From positions 160,001-224,000 of the forward strand of contig JBMFRC010000002.1 in assembly GCA_049968235.1 (NCBI GenBank): 64,000 nucleotides of DNA. The letters are read 5' to 3'. Below are positions 39,998 to 49,903 of this stretch, in pieces. Within the stretch, counting starts at the first letter, position 1. Each line of letters begins with the position of its first letter. A program made the position numbers and the translations under genes. The stretch comes from Candidatus Hydrogenedens sp. (GTDB lineage Bacteria; Hydrogenedentota; Hydrogenedentia; Hydrogenedentales; Hydrogenedentaceae). The notes beneath the pieces are model-generated. The model was given only the letters and a program-made list of their open reading frames with translations. It did no database searches and had not been told where the DNA came from.

Positions 39998-41086
39998 TTA
40001 TGTTGGTGTTCGTTTCCAAATGGAGATGGATAGTATCAAAAATAATAGATTTGCCCCCCATGCACCTATTATCGGTGGTAAAGTCTGGAGATAACCCAAA
40101 CCGGTAAATAGAATAAAACAAAGCATGTAGCACAATGCAGAGATGGCTGTTATTCCGAAACTCAATATAAATCCCCCTTTTTTCCACAATACCGATAAAG
40201 GTAACGCAAGTAATAACATAATAAAAATGCTGGCAGGTCGTGCTATCCGTGCATACCAATCCACTTCATATTTATAAGTAGGTATTCCAAAAAAACGGGC
40301 TCGTTTGATTTCCTCATAAAACTGCTTCCATGTTTTTAGTTCGTGAGGCAGGTCGAGGGCAAATAACGTTTCGGGAGATTCCGTAAATGGAGCAGGTATT
40401 TGTGTAATTCGAATCACCTCTTGTTCCATATCTTTTTTGGGGAAAAGAACAAACTGGCGACCATCTTCTATAAACCATCTTTTTTGTGTCTTATCCCACC
40501 AGATATATCGTGCACGTATTTCGTCAATACGGTCTTCCTGAATGCGATGAATCACTATATCTCTGCCTGTCATGGCTTCGCGATTAAATCGTAATATATG
40601 ACAGGTCCAATTCCCACTTAGATTGGTCCAACTAACACCAGAATGCGTATCTCCCAGGTGGTATGAGAAATACATCTTCTCCAGATGTCGAAACTGTTCT
40701 GCGCACCATACACCCATAGTATCTTCTACAAAAAAACTTCCTATCGCAATACATAATCCGGCAAGAAAAACACTCGTTGTTATTCTCAATAGAGGTATCC
40801 CTCCGGAAAGTAATGCGGATATTTCCCCTTCTTGAGTACTTTTACCCCAGACTAAAAAGGTCGTTAGCATCACACCTGCAGATAGAAAATGGTATTGTAG
40901 AAAAACTTTTGGCAGAGACAATATATAATATTGAACAATAATAATAAATGGAACATTATACTTCTGTACAGATTCCTGTCGGGCAGAAAAAAAATCAACG
41001 ATAACATATAGAAATGCAAGCGTAATTAATACCCTCAAAAAGGTCTTGAGCCACCATAAAAGGTAATATTTGTCTATCGTTTTCAT
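39998..41086 (-). CDS. LptF/LptG family permease (YjgP/YjgQ), second gene of the pair
   Basis: Start set at MKTIDKYYLLWWLKTFL, a typical LptG-type N-terminus, with an ATGA overlap onto the upstream gene's stop. Six TM helices and a periplasmic beta-jellyroll insert. The longer track ORF reaching 41317 is an out-of-frame overlap artefact. Confidence 0.7.
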   Translation of the reverse strand: MKTIDKYYLLWWLKTFLRVLITLAFLYVIVDFFSARQESVQKYNVPFIIIVQYYILSLPKVFLQYHFLSAGVMLTTFLVWGKSTQEGEISALLSGGIPLLRITTSVFLAGLCIAIGSFFVEDTMGVWCAEQFRHLEKMYFSYHLGDTHSGVSWTNLSGNWTCHILRFNREAMTGRDIVIHRIQEDRIDEIRARYIWWDKTQKRWFIEDGRQFVLFPKKDMEQEVIRITQIPAPFTESPETLFALDLPHELKTWKQFYEEIKRARFFGIPTYKYEVDWYARIARPASIFIMLLLALPLSVLWKKGGFILSFGITAISALCYMLCFILFTGLGYLQTLPPIIGAWGANLLFLILSISIWKRTPT

Positions 41087-42207
41087 AATCGGTCTGCCCT
41101 TATTAGAAAAAATAACCCCAACCCGCCGATGAGTATATTCGGTATTTGCTGTACGATACATTTTAGATATAAAGGCATAAGCCCACCTCCCCCCACAGCT
41201 TTGTAAAGAAGAAAATATAGTCCAACAATCAGAAAACCCGTAGAAAAAGCATATGTCGTGCCTGCTCCACGCATTCGCACACCTATCGGCGATGCGATTA
41301 ATCCTAATGCCAGACACATCAAAGGGAAGGAAAGCCGTTCTGCAATTTCACTGCGAAATTTTTTAACATCCGACAGAAGTGGTAATCCTTTTGTTCGCTC
41401 ATATTCCTGCGAGATACGACGGTGCTCTTCCAATAATTCACGAATAGACATACCTGTCCGAAGTCGAATGGTTTCCATAGGCTGGAGTGGAGGAATAGGT
41501 TTTTCTAATCGCTGAAAACTTCCACGAACAACCTGATTATTTTGTTCTTGTGACTCTATCCAGAAACCATTTAACATTTCCAGCACATTTTCATCTTTCC
41601 CTTTTCGCCAGCGTGCTTTTTCTGCATAAAAGGCAACCATTTTCCCTTCATCACCGGGTTGTAATATAACAATGTCCTGCAATTCACCATCTCTTGACCG
41701 TCCTCGAATATATACCCGCAGTTTACCATATTCATACATTTTCCCGGTGGGAATTAAATCTAATGACATACGTAAAGGTAGGTCCATACGGGCTAATTTC
41801 ATAAATTGCCGAAATGCCCATGGTTGTGCAATATCTTGAACAACAAAGCAAAAAATACTCAAAACGAATGATAACATCACCGCAGGTAAGGCTATCCGAC
41901 GCATTGAAATACCCCCAGCAGTCATGGCGATTATCTCCCGATATCGACTCATGCGGTCAAACATTAACATTAAACCAAATAAGAAGGTAATCGGAATAAT
42001 CATCCCCACCATCATCGGAAGTGCATACAACGACATCCATAGAAAATCTGTTACCTGAAGCGGAGCCACAGGAAGTTCATCCAACAATTCTTTTACCTGC
42101 TGTTGGAGTATTCCGCTAATCATTAGAATCGCAACCGCAGAAAACGCAATAAACATTGGCGGGATAATCTGTCGAAGTATATATCGGTCTATCCGTGTTA
42201 TAATCAT
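41083..42207 (-). CDS. LptF/LptG family LPS export permease (YjgP/YjgQ), first gene of the pair
   Basis: MIITRIDRYILRQ N-terminus with the TM1-3 / periplasmic domain / TM4-6 layout. Confidence 0.75.
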   Translation of the reverse strand: MIITRIDRYILRQIIPPMFIAFSAVAILMISGILQQQVKELLDELPVAPLQVTDFLWMSLYALPMMVGMIIPITFLFGLMLMFDRMSRYREIIAMTAGGISMRRIALPAVMLSFVLSIFCFVVQDIAQPWAFRQFMKLARMDLPLRMSLDLIPTGKMYEYGKLRVYIRGRSRDGELQDIVILQPGDEGKMVAFYAEKARWRKGKDENVLEMLNGFWIESQEQNNQVVRGSFQRLEKPIPPLQPMETIRLRTGMSIRELLEEHRRISQEYERTKGLPLLSDVKKFRSEIAERLSFPLMCLALGLIASPIGVRMRGAGTTYAFSTGFLIVGLYFLLYKAVGGGGLMPLYLKCIVQQIPNILIGGLGLFFLIRADRL

Positions 42208-42319
42208 ATTCTCATCACTATGTATAAATCTTAATTTACTGTAAGGAATTTATATTTTAATCGATACAGACAAATAAACGGTATTTTTAATCTTACATCT
42301 TTCGGCTTAAGATTTAATA

Positions 42320-43414
42320 ATGAATTTAAATTCAATTCAGATAAGGGCAATACGAAAGCAGATTCTTCATTGGTATTCACAACATGCAAGGCCTTTACCC
42401 TGGCGAGGGACAAAGGACCCTTATAAAATATGGTTGTGTGAAATTATATTACAACAAACACGAATCGAACAGGGAACAGATTATTATTTTCGTTTCCTTG
42501 AAAAATTCCCAACACTGAAGCATCTGGCTTCTGCAGATCAAACAAAAGTACTAAAAGTGTGGGAGGGATTGGGTTATTATACCCGCGCCCGAAATTTGTT
42601 AAAAACTGCAAAGATTATTTATTCCCAATACGGAGGCAACTTTCCACAAACTTATGAAGAATTATTAAAATTGCCAGGGATAGGACCTTATACCGCATCG
42701 GCAATAGGAAGTATTTGTTTTAATCTTCCCGTTCCAACCATTGATGGCAATGTTCGTCGTGTGCTTGCTCGCTTATTCGAATTACAGGATAAAGCGAATT
42801 CAACATTTTTTGGCAGAACTACACAACACCTGGCAGAACAACTTATTTCTAAGAAATCTCCCGGCTATTTTAATCAAGGGATGATGGACATCGGTTCAAC
42901 TATATGCACACCTACGAACCCGGAGTGTATAGGTTGTCCTTTGAAAAATTACTGTCTTGCATACCAGCATGGAACACAAAACTGTTTCCCTAGAAAAGAA
43001 AAAATTCGGCCCGTGCCAATCCTTCATTGGGCTGTGGCTGTAATAATGAATAAAGAAGAGATACTTCTTACCTGTGAAACAAACCGTAATTTTCTGAAAA
43101 ATCTTTATGCGTTACCCACAGTGGACATCACCGATATAAAAAGCAAAAATACTTTTGAAAATATATCTGCCTTATTGAGTAAAAAATTACATACACCGAT
43201 ACCAATAGAATGGGAATATCTATTTCAAATTACTCGAAAATATTCGAGTCGCACTATACATTTTTCTGTATATAAGAATAAAAAACAATTAAAACTTTGT
43301 ACCAAAAAGATTGAACCTTTCCAATGGATTCACCTTAAGGAAATTCATCTATATCCCTTCTCCCGTGCTTACTCCGAAATAATCCAAAAAATAATGGAAA
43401 CACAGTATTCTTAA
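42320..43414 (+). CDS. mutY: A/G-specific adenine DNA glycosylase MutY
   Basis: HhH-GPD domain (LPGIGPYTASAI), a [4Fe-4S] loop (CTPTNPECIGCPLKNYC) and a C-terminal NUDIX-like domain. Confidence 0.85.
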   Translation: MNLNSIQIRAIRKQILHWYSQHARPLPWRGTKDPYKIWLCEIILQQTRIEQGTDYYFRFLEKFPTLKHLASADQTKVLKVWEGLGYYTRARNLLKTAKIIYSQYGGNFPQTYEELLKLPGIGPYTASAIGSICFNLPVPTIDGNVRRVLARLFELQDKANSTFFGRTTQHLAEQLISKKSPGYFNQGMMDIGSTICTPTNPECIGCPLKNYCLAYQHGTQNCFPRKEKIRPVPILHWAVAVIMNKEEILLTCETNRNFLKNLYALPTVDITDIKSKNTFENISALLSKKLHTPIPIEWEYLFQITRKYSSRTIHFSVYKNKKQLKLCTKKIEPFQWIHLKEIHLYPFSRAYSEIIQKIMETQYS

Positions 43415-43473
43415 AAACAGTAATGAGATATCAAACAATTCTTCTCAATAAATTGCATAACCTTTCATTCCCG

Positions 43474-45006
43474 TTAAATAGCCTTCAAATCTATGGAACG
43501 GTATTGAACGGCTTCTGCGATGTGTATATCGTGTATATCTTCGGAATTGTCGAGGTCCGCAATAGTTCTCGCCATCCGTAATACCTTGTCATAAGCACGA
43601 GCACTTAACCCGTGATGTTCAATCGCTTGAAGAAGTAATCTTTGTGTGCTATCAGTTAGTTTGCAAAAACGGCGGATTTGCCTCGTATCAAGGTGTGCAT
43701 TAAGTAATGTGGTTTTCCCATAACGATGTTGTTGCCGATTTCGGGCTTCCTGTACCTGATTCCGCATATCCGCACTAGTGGGTCCCATAGGTTGATTTTG
43801 AGATAACTCGTGAAAAGGTAAAGAAGGCACTTCAATATGCATATCAATACGGTCTAATAAAGGACCGGAAATTCGATTGATATACCTTTGAATTTCACCT
43901 ATTGAACAACGGCACACCCGTTTAGGGTCTGTTCTACAACCACAGGGACAGGGATTCATTGCAGATATAAGCATAAACCGACTCGGAAGAGTTACCGCAT
44001 AATGAGCCCGTCGTATATGCACAAAGCCCTCTTCTAAAGGCTGTCTTAATACTTCCAATGTTGCCCGATTAAACTCCGGAAGTTCATCTAAAAATAATAT
44101 GCCGTTATGAGCTAAACTGACTTCACCGGGCTGAAAATTGGCACCTCCTCCCACCATTGCAACTGTAGAAACGGTATGATGTGGTGAACGGAATGGGCGT
44201 TTTGTAATTAACGAAGAGTTTTGACCTTTTCGTGAAACAACGCTGTAAATCTGTGTAGTTTCAAGGGACTCTTCAAAACTCATCTCAGGCAGGATACCGG
44301 GAATACGCGAAGCCAGCATTGTTTTTCCCGTTCCCGGTGGACCAATCATTAACACATTATGTCCACCTGCAGAAGCAATTGTTAAGGCACGTTTAACATG
44401 AGCCTGCCCCTTTACATCCTCAAAATCCAGAGCGGTGTGATACCTATTATGAAATAATTCCTGATAATTTGTCTGATAAGACATATATGCAGAAGGCTCA
44501 TTCAGATACCGGAAAGCGTCCTGCAAACTTTTTATTGGTATAACATCGATATCATGCACCAATCCTGCCTCTTCTGCATTAACTTCGGGTACGAGGATAG
44601 CATTAAAACCATTTTTACGGGCTAAAATAGCCATGGCTAAGGTGCCAGGGACATGTCGAAGAGAACCATCTAACGCTAATTCCCCTACAATTAATATCTT
44701 TTCCAATTCTACACGAGGCATTACTTGTTCCCCTGCCAGAATAAGTCCTAACGCAATAGGCAGGTCTAAATAACTCCCCTCTTTACGAATATCTGCAGGT
44801 GCTAAATTTACAACCACATGTCCTCGAGGTGAACGAAATCCAGAATTACGTAAGGCAGATGCCACACGTTCCCGGCTCTCTTTTACCGCTGTATCTGCCA
44901 ACCCTACCACCTCTGTTCGCATCTCCCCATGTCCTATATCCACTTCTACGGTCAAAGGGAACGCTTCTATTCCCAATATATGTGCTGACTGAACCCTCGC
45001 AAGCAT
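43474..45006 (-). CDS. comM: YifB/ComM family Mg-chelatase-like AAA+ ATPase
   Basis: N-terminal Lon-like domain (MLARVQSAHILGIEAFPLTVEVD), Walker A GPPGTGKT and a C-terminal Mg-chelatase domain. Confidence 0.85.
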   Translation of the reverse strand: MLARVQSAHILGIEAFPLTVEVDIGHGEMRTEVVGLADTAVKESRERVASALRNSGFRSPRGHVVVNLAPADIRKEGSYLDLPIALGLILAGEQVMPRVELEKILIVGELALDGSLRHVPGTLAMAILARKNGFNAILVPEVNAEEAGLVHDIDVIPIKSLQDAFRYLNEPSAYMSYQTNYQELFHNRYHTALDFEDVKGQAHVKRALTIASAGGHNVLMIGPPGTGKTMLASRIPGILPEMSFEESLETTQIYSVVSRKGQNSSLITKRPFRSPHHTVSTVAMVGGGANFQPGEVSLAHNGILFLDELPEFNRATLEVLRQPLEEGFVHIRRAHYAVTLPSRFMLISAMNPCPCGCRTDPKRVCRCSIGEIQRYINRISGPLLDRIDMHIEVPSLPFHELSQNQPMGPTSADMRNQVQEARNRQQHRYGKTTLLNAHLDTRQIRRFCKLTDSTQRLLLQAIEHHGLSARAYDKVLRMARTIADLDNSEDIHDIHIAEAVQYRSIDLKAI

Positions 45007-45133
45007 GATTTCCTTCCTATTACTTCTTTCAGGTTGTATATTTTTCTACAAGAGAGGTGTCCCTCCCTTCACAAATAGTCTCCACTATTTCTAATAGATT
45101 GTCGATATTGTCTTTTTTCTCTATGACCATTGC

Positions 45134-45937
45134 TCAAAATAATTCCTCAGTTTCGTCTTGTTTTCCATTTTCTTTTATTCTATATTTTTCTGTCCTTAAT
45201 TGTTGCAGTGCAAATTCATAATACTCTTTTATGATTTAAAAACCAATTTACTGACGTTTCATAAACTTAGATATAACTGCTACTTGACCGGAACCTAAAA
45301 AGGGGTCAAGGATTACATCACCCTCTTCACTTGAATATTCGAGTATTTTTTTTATAATTTCCGCAGGTAACTTCGTAGGAGTTTTTATATCACCAGTCCA
45401 ATATTCCCTTTGGATAAACCACACATCTTCTTTGTCCTGATAGTGTAAACTTTTTCCAGAACTATTTCTTGTGTCTTTTCCATATCTTGCATACGGGAAA
45501 AACTTCCGTCTATAGTCATTTTTACATACATATAGGCAATGGTAGTGAGAAGTTATATATCTACGGTTTGTAACAACTCCAAACTGGTATTTCCATATAA
45601 TATGATTCACCGTAATAAAACCTACTTCATCCAGAGTGTTGAGAATACCCTTTAGATTATTCTATCCCGAAAATACATACACACTACCTGAACCTTTTAA
45701 TAAACGATATACTTCTTTCATCCAATTCAGTGTAAATCTACAATATTCTGCCTGAGGAATCTCATTATACCCTTCAAGAACTCGCTCAGAGATACGATTA
45801 TAATTGGAACGCTTTGCCTTAAAATCAATAGCAAAGGGGAGGTCTGTAATGACGAAATCTATCATCTCACCATTAAGTAACTTCATGCCATCAATACAAT
45901 CTATATTGTAAATATTATTCAATTCCATGCGTTTCAT
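45134..45937 (-). pseudogene. Beta-class N6-adenine/N4-cytosine DNA methyltransferase (PF01555-like), disrupted by three in-frame stops
   Basis: A single reading frame carries motif IV-like ITDLPF near the N-terminus, IIW.K, motif I ILDPFLGSGQ and a C-terminal IGF.I..EYYEFALQQL. It is interrupted by TAG (45662-45664), TAA (45248-45250) and TAA (45236-45238). No frameshift is needed. Confidence 0.6.
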
Positions 45938-46013
45938 AAATTTCTATTTTCATTAGCAAAATATTATATCATTCAAAGCAACCCATGCCATTAAATTAAT
46001 TACAAAAAATCTA

Positions 46014-47336
46014 TTAATCGTAAGTATGGGATATTCCATATAACTTAGCGTATTGATAATGATAGATAATAGCGAGAGATATAAAGAACAGCAAAATATA
46101 ATAAACAGCAAAGGAAACTTCCACCCAATTTGACCATGGTCCTGTAACTAACTGGGCTATAAAGTTCTGAATAAGTAATACTGTCCATATTATAACGGGA
46201 TATTTTGGAAAAGGATTTTTCGTAAATTGGGGGTCATTCGAATTTCGTCTCATATAAAAAACAATAACAATTATTCCCCCAATAATTATTGGGATAAAGA
46301 CCAGCCACAATATTTTGTCCCAGTATTCCTCATTCCCTAAATATATATTTGCCCAACCTTTCATTCCATTCCGTAAAGATAGGGCAATGGCTAAAAACAC
46401 CGTAAGAAACAGGGTTATACGTTCGGTAGTGGGTTTTAATTTTGTTGCATTATTTGAGATAGAAAATTGTAAAGGCTGATTGGTTAGAAAATATGCAATG
46501 CCATAGGCAAAACCGAGACTAATTCCACCGGAGGTCTCCCAACAACGCCACCAGTTAAAGTTATACCCTTCCCAGATAGACTGTGCCCATTTCCAATTCT
46601 GTAATGATGCCCAGCCAATACCGTTTATAATTCCTACACTTAAAATAAGGATAATATTCTTCCTATCTTTCCGAAAAATTTCACCTGTAAGAACACCTAA
46701 ATAAAGTCCTAAATGCATAATCGCACTGCGATTATCATTAATCAACCATCGTAAATTCGGATTGTTTTGTAAATCCATATAGCGTTCCTTCACCGTGCTA
46801 TATAAGGGCAGGAATACATTAGGAAAACTTTCAAACATAAATCTCGCAATCACAATTCCACCAATAGCACATAAAATCCTCACTATCCAGTCCTTCTTTG
46901 TTGTTTTCTTTTCACAACTTGCCCAGGCAAGGAAACACGCTCCTAACCCTGCCCATGGAATCCCCGAAATAAACTGCCAGATAAATCCGTAATAACGAGG
47001 TATAGGGACAAATTCGCCTGCGGGATAATTGGTATACATTCTACCTTCAAAAAAAGCGGGCCATTGCATCCAACCTCTTGCTCCAGCAACAGCAATACCC
47101 AGTGTCATTGCCATAAGAGCAAATGCGTTTGAGTAGGGTCGGACTGATGAACAACTCGGGTCATAGGAAAGGAACCACCATGCAGTTCCTAATGTAATTC
47201 CTGCAAATAAGCAACCATTGAACGCTCCAAAGCCTGAACACCCGCGAACCGCCCAGGTCATCCCTCCCAATACAACAAACAGAAGAGTAGGAAGTATCAA
47301 TTCGTGAAAGTAGTAGTGTGTCTTGGAAATATTCAT
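46014..47336 (-). CDS. Polytopic integral membrane protein of unknown function (Trp/aromatic-rich)
   Basis: 440 aa with about 10 hydrophobic segments, an ATG start, and no recognisable catalytic motif. Confidence 0.5.
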   Translation of the reverse strand: MNISKTHYYFHELILPTLLFVVLGGMTWAVRGCSGFGAFNGCLFAGITLGTAWWFLSYDPSCSSVRPYSNAFALMAMTLGIAVAGARGWMQWPAFFEGRMYTNYPAGEFVPIPRYYGFIWQFISGIPWAGLGACFLAWASCEKKTTKKDWIVRILCAIGGIVIARFMFESFPNVFLPLYSTVKERYMDLQNNPNLRWLINDNRSAIMHLGLYLGVLTGEIFRKDRKNIILILSVGIINGIGWASLQNWKWAQSIWEGYNFNWWRCWETSGGISLGFAYGIAYFLTNQPLQFSISNNATKLKPTTERITLFLTVFLAIALSLRNGMKGWANIYLGNEEYWDKILWLVFIPIIIGGIIVIVFYMRRNSNDPQFTKNPFPKYPVIIWTVLLIQNFIAQLVTGPWSNWVEVSFAVYYILLFFISLAIIYHYQYAKLYGISHTYD

Positions 47337-47412
47337 ATTACCGCCTTTTATTTAAGTAGTTTATAAAGAAATGTGGGTTCTTCAATAAGTATATGATTTA
47401 AAATAAAAGGAG

Positions 47413-47436
47413 AGCAACTCATTTAGTAATGAGTTG
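47413..47436 (-). terminator. Candidate intrinsic terminator downstream of rpmB
   Basis: 8-bp stem (GCAACTCA / TGAGTTGC) with an 8-nt loop. On the minus strand it is followed by TCCTTTTATTTT. Confidence 0.4.
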
Positions 47437-47477
47437 CCCTGAAAACTACGCCTAACAGAACAACCTATTCTGCTTGA

Positions 47478-47756
47478 TTACTGTTTTGCTTCATTCTTTA
47501 CCGCAGAGAATTTTTGAATACCACGAGGTGCTTTCACAAATTTACCTGCACGGATATAACGAGCACATACACGGATACGACGAACCCTTCCATTTTCGTC
47601 AATGACACGAATTTTCTGCAGATTCGGCTTCCATCTACGTTTTGTGATACCGGTTACATTTTGTCCAATACCACCCTTTTTCTTTGCTTTACCTCTGCGA
47701 ATTATTGAATTCCCGACAATAGGTTTCTTTCCACTGTATTCACATACAAATGCCAT
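47478..47756 (-). CDS. rpmB: 50S ribosomal protein L28
   Basis: MAFVCEYSGKKP...GN..S......KRRWKPNLQ is the canonical L28 N-terminus. The protein is 92 aa. Confidence 0.85.
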   Translation of the reverse strand: MAFVCEYSGKKPIVGNSIIRRGKAKKKGGIGQNVTGITKRRWKPNLQKIRVIDENGRVRRIRVCARYIRAGKFVKAPRGIQKFSAVKNEAKQ

Positions 47757-47912
47757 GGGAATATCCCTTATCTTTAGTGTTAACTTATATTCGAAAAAAA
47801 GATTCTATTATTGATATAATAAAAATTAAACAAGGGTTTATATTATACCAATTTTATTTGATAAAAGCAACTGACCCACCTATTAATACAAAAGAATGGA
47901 AATCCCTAAAAA

Positions 47913-48785
47913 ATGAAATTTGAAAATTATCGTTATTACAGTAGATTCATTTTATATTTGGTATTATTCTTTTTTCCTTTGGGATGGTTTTCCTGTGCTC
48001 ATTGGGGAACTTCATTAGAACGGGGAAGAATTATAGGCACAGAACCTCAATTGAATGAAATTTTAAATGATTTAAGCCAAAACGACCAATCCATCCAAAC
48101 ATTAAAAGGGAGAGGAACTTTTACCTTAAAAACTCCCCAATTAGACACGATATATCAATTACACCAGAGTGATGTATTTTTCCGTATGCCCGACTATTTA
48201 TATGTTATCGGGAGGAAATATACCGCCACTGTCCTGAGAATGACCTGTTATAGAGATGAAGCATTAATAGAACTTCCCACAGAAAGGCAGTTTTATTATC
48301 AACATGGAGGAGAATATTTTGAATCTTCAGATACCCGTGTTACACCGTTAGATATTTTCAGAGAAACTTTTTTCCCCGAAACATGGGAACAAATCCCTCA
48401 TTCTAAAATCCTTTTAAAATCTTTTAACCTGGAACACCAAAAAGCCACCATCGAAATTTATAATGACAAACATCACAAACAGATACTCCGCAGAATTGAA
48501 GTACAGGGGACACCCTGGGTTCTGATAAGTAGCGAACGATATTCAAAGCAGGGAACAGTTATTGCAAAAAGTATCCGCGAAAATTACAAAGTAACACCAG
48601 AAGGGATTCGTTTTCCGGAAATAATACATTGTGAATTTCCTTGCGAAAATGCCTTTATGACCATTAAACTAAATCACTGTTCTATTAATGTCTCTATCGA
48701 TAACCCCAGGACTGTACTCTCGCAACAGAAAGAGAAATTACTTCGTTCTGGTTATGTTCCCGTTGATATAGAAAATACCCGATAA
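47913..48785 (+). CDS. Hypothetical lipoprotein
   Basis: Signal peptide ending in a lipobox-like GWFSCA. No known motif. Confidence 0.5.
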   Translation: MKFENYRYYSRFILYLVLFFFPLGWFSCAHWGTSLERGRIIGTEPQLNEILNDLSQNDQSIQTLKGRGTFTLKTPQLDTIYQLHQSDVFFRMPDYLYVIGRKYTATVLRMTCYRDEALIELPTERQFYYQHGGEYFESSDTRVTPLDIFRETFFPETWEQIPHSKILLKSFNLEHQKATIEIYNDKHHKQILRRIEVQGTPWVLISSERYSKQGTVIAKSIRENYKVTPEGIRFPEIIHCEFPCENAFMTIKLNHCSINVSIDNPRTVLSQQKEKLLRSGYVPVDIENTR

Positions 48786-48812
48786 AAGGTGTAAATTCAG
48801 GAGTGTAAAAGA

Positions 48813-49844
48813 ATGGAAGAAATGCTTATCACACGATTGTTTCCAGAAGAAATATCCGAGCAACTCGGACTTGAACCTTTTCGCGGGCGACAAATCTTCC
48901 GCTGGATACATGAAAAGCATATATTTGATATACAAAAAATGACCGATTTATCCAAAGATTTACGAAATGAATTAGAAAATAAAGCAGTGTTCTGTCAAAC
49001 AGAGATTGTCCATATTCAAGAAAGTTCTATATCGGGCACAAAAAAAGTCCTCCTTCGTCTCAGGGACAACCAAACCATCGAATCCGTAATAATTCCCCAT
49101 CGTCGTCGCGTAACTTTTTGTATTTCTACTCAGGTAGGTTGTCCACTTAAATGTGCTTTTTGTGCTACGGGTAAAGCAGGTTTTAAGAGAAACTTAAATG
49201 CCGGTGAAATCATTGAACAGGTATTACACATGCTTTCATTAACAGATTTAGGTAATCGTACACCCAATATAGTTTTTATGGGTATGGGCGAACCTTTCTG
49301 GAATTATGACGAACTTATCCGCAGTATAAAACTTATCATGCATCCGATAGGTATCAATATTGGTGCCCGAAAAATTACCGTATCCACTGCTGGAGATATA
49401 AAAGGAATTGTAAAGTTTGCGGATGAAAACTGGCAGGTGCGATTAAGCATCTCCTTGCATGCAGGAAATGATACCCTCCGTTCCCGTCTTGTCCCCCTCA
49501 ATCGAAAATATCCCCTTGATAAACTTGCAGAGGCTCTCCATCAATACCAGCAAAAAACTGACCGTATGATAACCTTTGAATATGTATTATTAGGTGGTGT
49601 AAATGATTCTTTGAAACATGCTCAAGAATTGTTCGATTACGCCAAACAATTTAAATGTACCGTAAACCTTATCCCATGGAACCCCGTATCAGATATTCCT
49701 TTCTCTCCTCCTTCTCAAGAAACATGTGACCACTTCCTCCAATTCCTCACTCAAAATGGACTTAATACGACTTTACGCAAAGAACGTGGTCATGACATTC
49801 AAGCGGCTTGTGGACAATTACGAAGACTTCTCCCCTTTTCATAA
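48813..49844 (+). CDS. rlmN: 23S rRNA (adenine2503-C2)/tRNA methyltransferase RlmN (radical SAM)
   Basis: CPLKCAFCATG radical SAM motif plus the conserved C-terminal Cys (ACGQL). AGGAG Shine-Dalgarno. Confidence 0.9.
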   Translation: MEEMLITRLFPEEISEQLGLEPFRGRQIFRWIHEKHIFDIQKMTDLSKDLRNELENKAVFCQTEIVHIQESSISGTKKVLLRLRDNQTIESVIIPHRRRVTFCISTQVGCPLKCAFCATGKAGFKRNLNAGEIIEQVLHMLSLTDLGNRTPNIVFMGMGEPFWNYDELIRSIKLIMHPIGINIGARKITVSTAGDIKGIVKFADENWQVRLSISLHAGNDTLRSRLVPLNRKYPLDKLAEALHQYQQKTDRMITFEYVLLGGVNDSLKHAQELFDYAKQFKCTVNLIPWNPVSDIPFSPPSQETCDHFLQFLTQNGLNTTLRKERGHDIQAACGQLRRLLPFS

Positions 49845-49903
49845 TTATCCCTTTTAACAAAATTGGTATTGAGAGGGAAAAAGTTATTATTTATACCGAA
49901 ATT

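Noticed and set aside
39998-41317. A 439-aa ORF overlapping the upstream lptF-like gene by 235 nt, suggesting a long out-of-frame gene overlap.
   Set aside because: The recognisable permease N-terminus (MKTIDKYY...) begins at an ATG that forms an ATGA junction with the upstream stop. The extra 77 residues are Cys/Arg-rich junk read in an alternative frame of the upstream gene.
45134-45937. The possibility that the three in-frame stops indicate an alternative genetic code or stop-codon reassignment.
   Set aside because: About 50 other genes in the window terminate on TAA, TAG or TGA and contain no internal stops. A locus-specific pseudogene or sequence error is far more likely.
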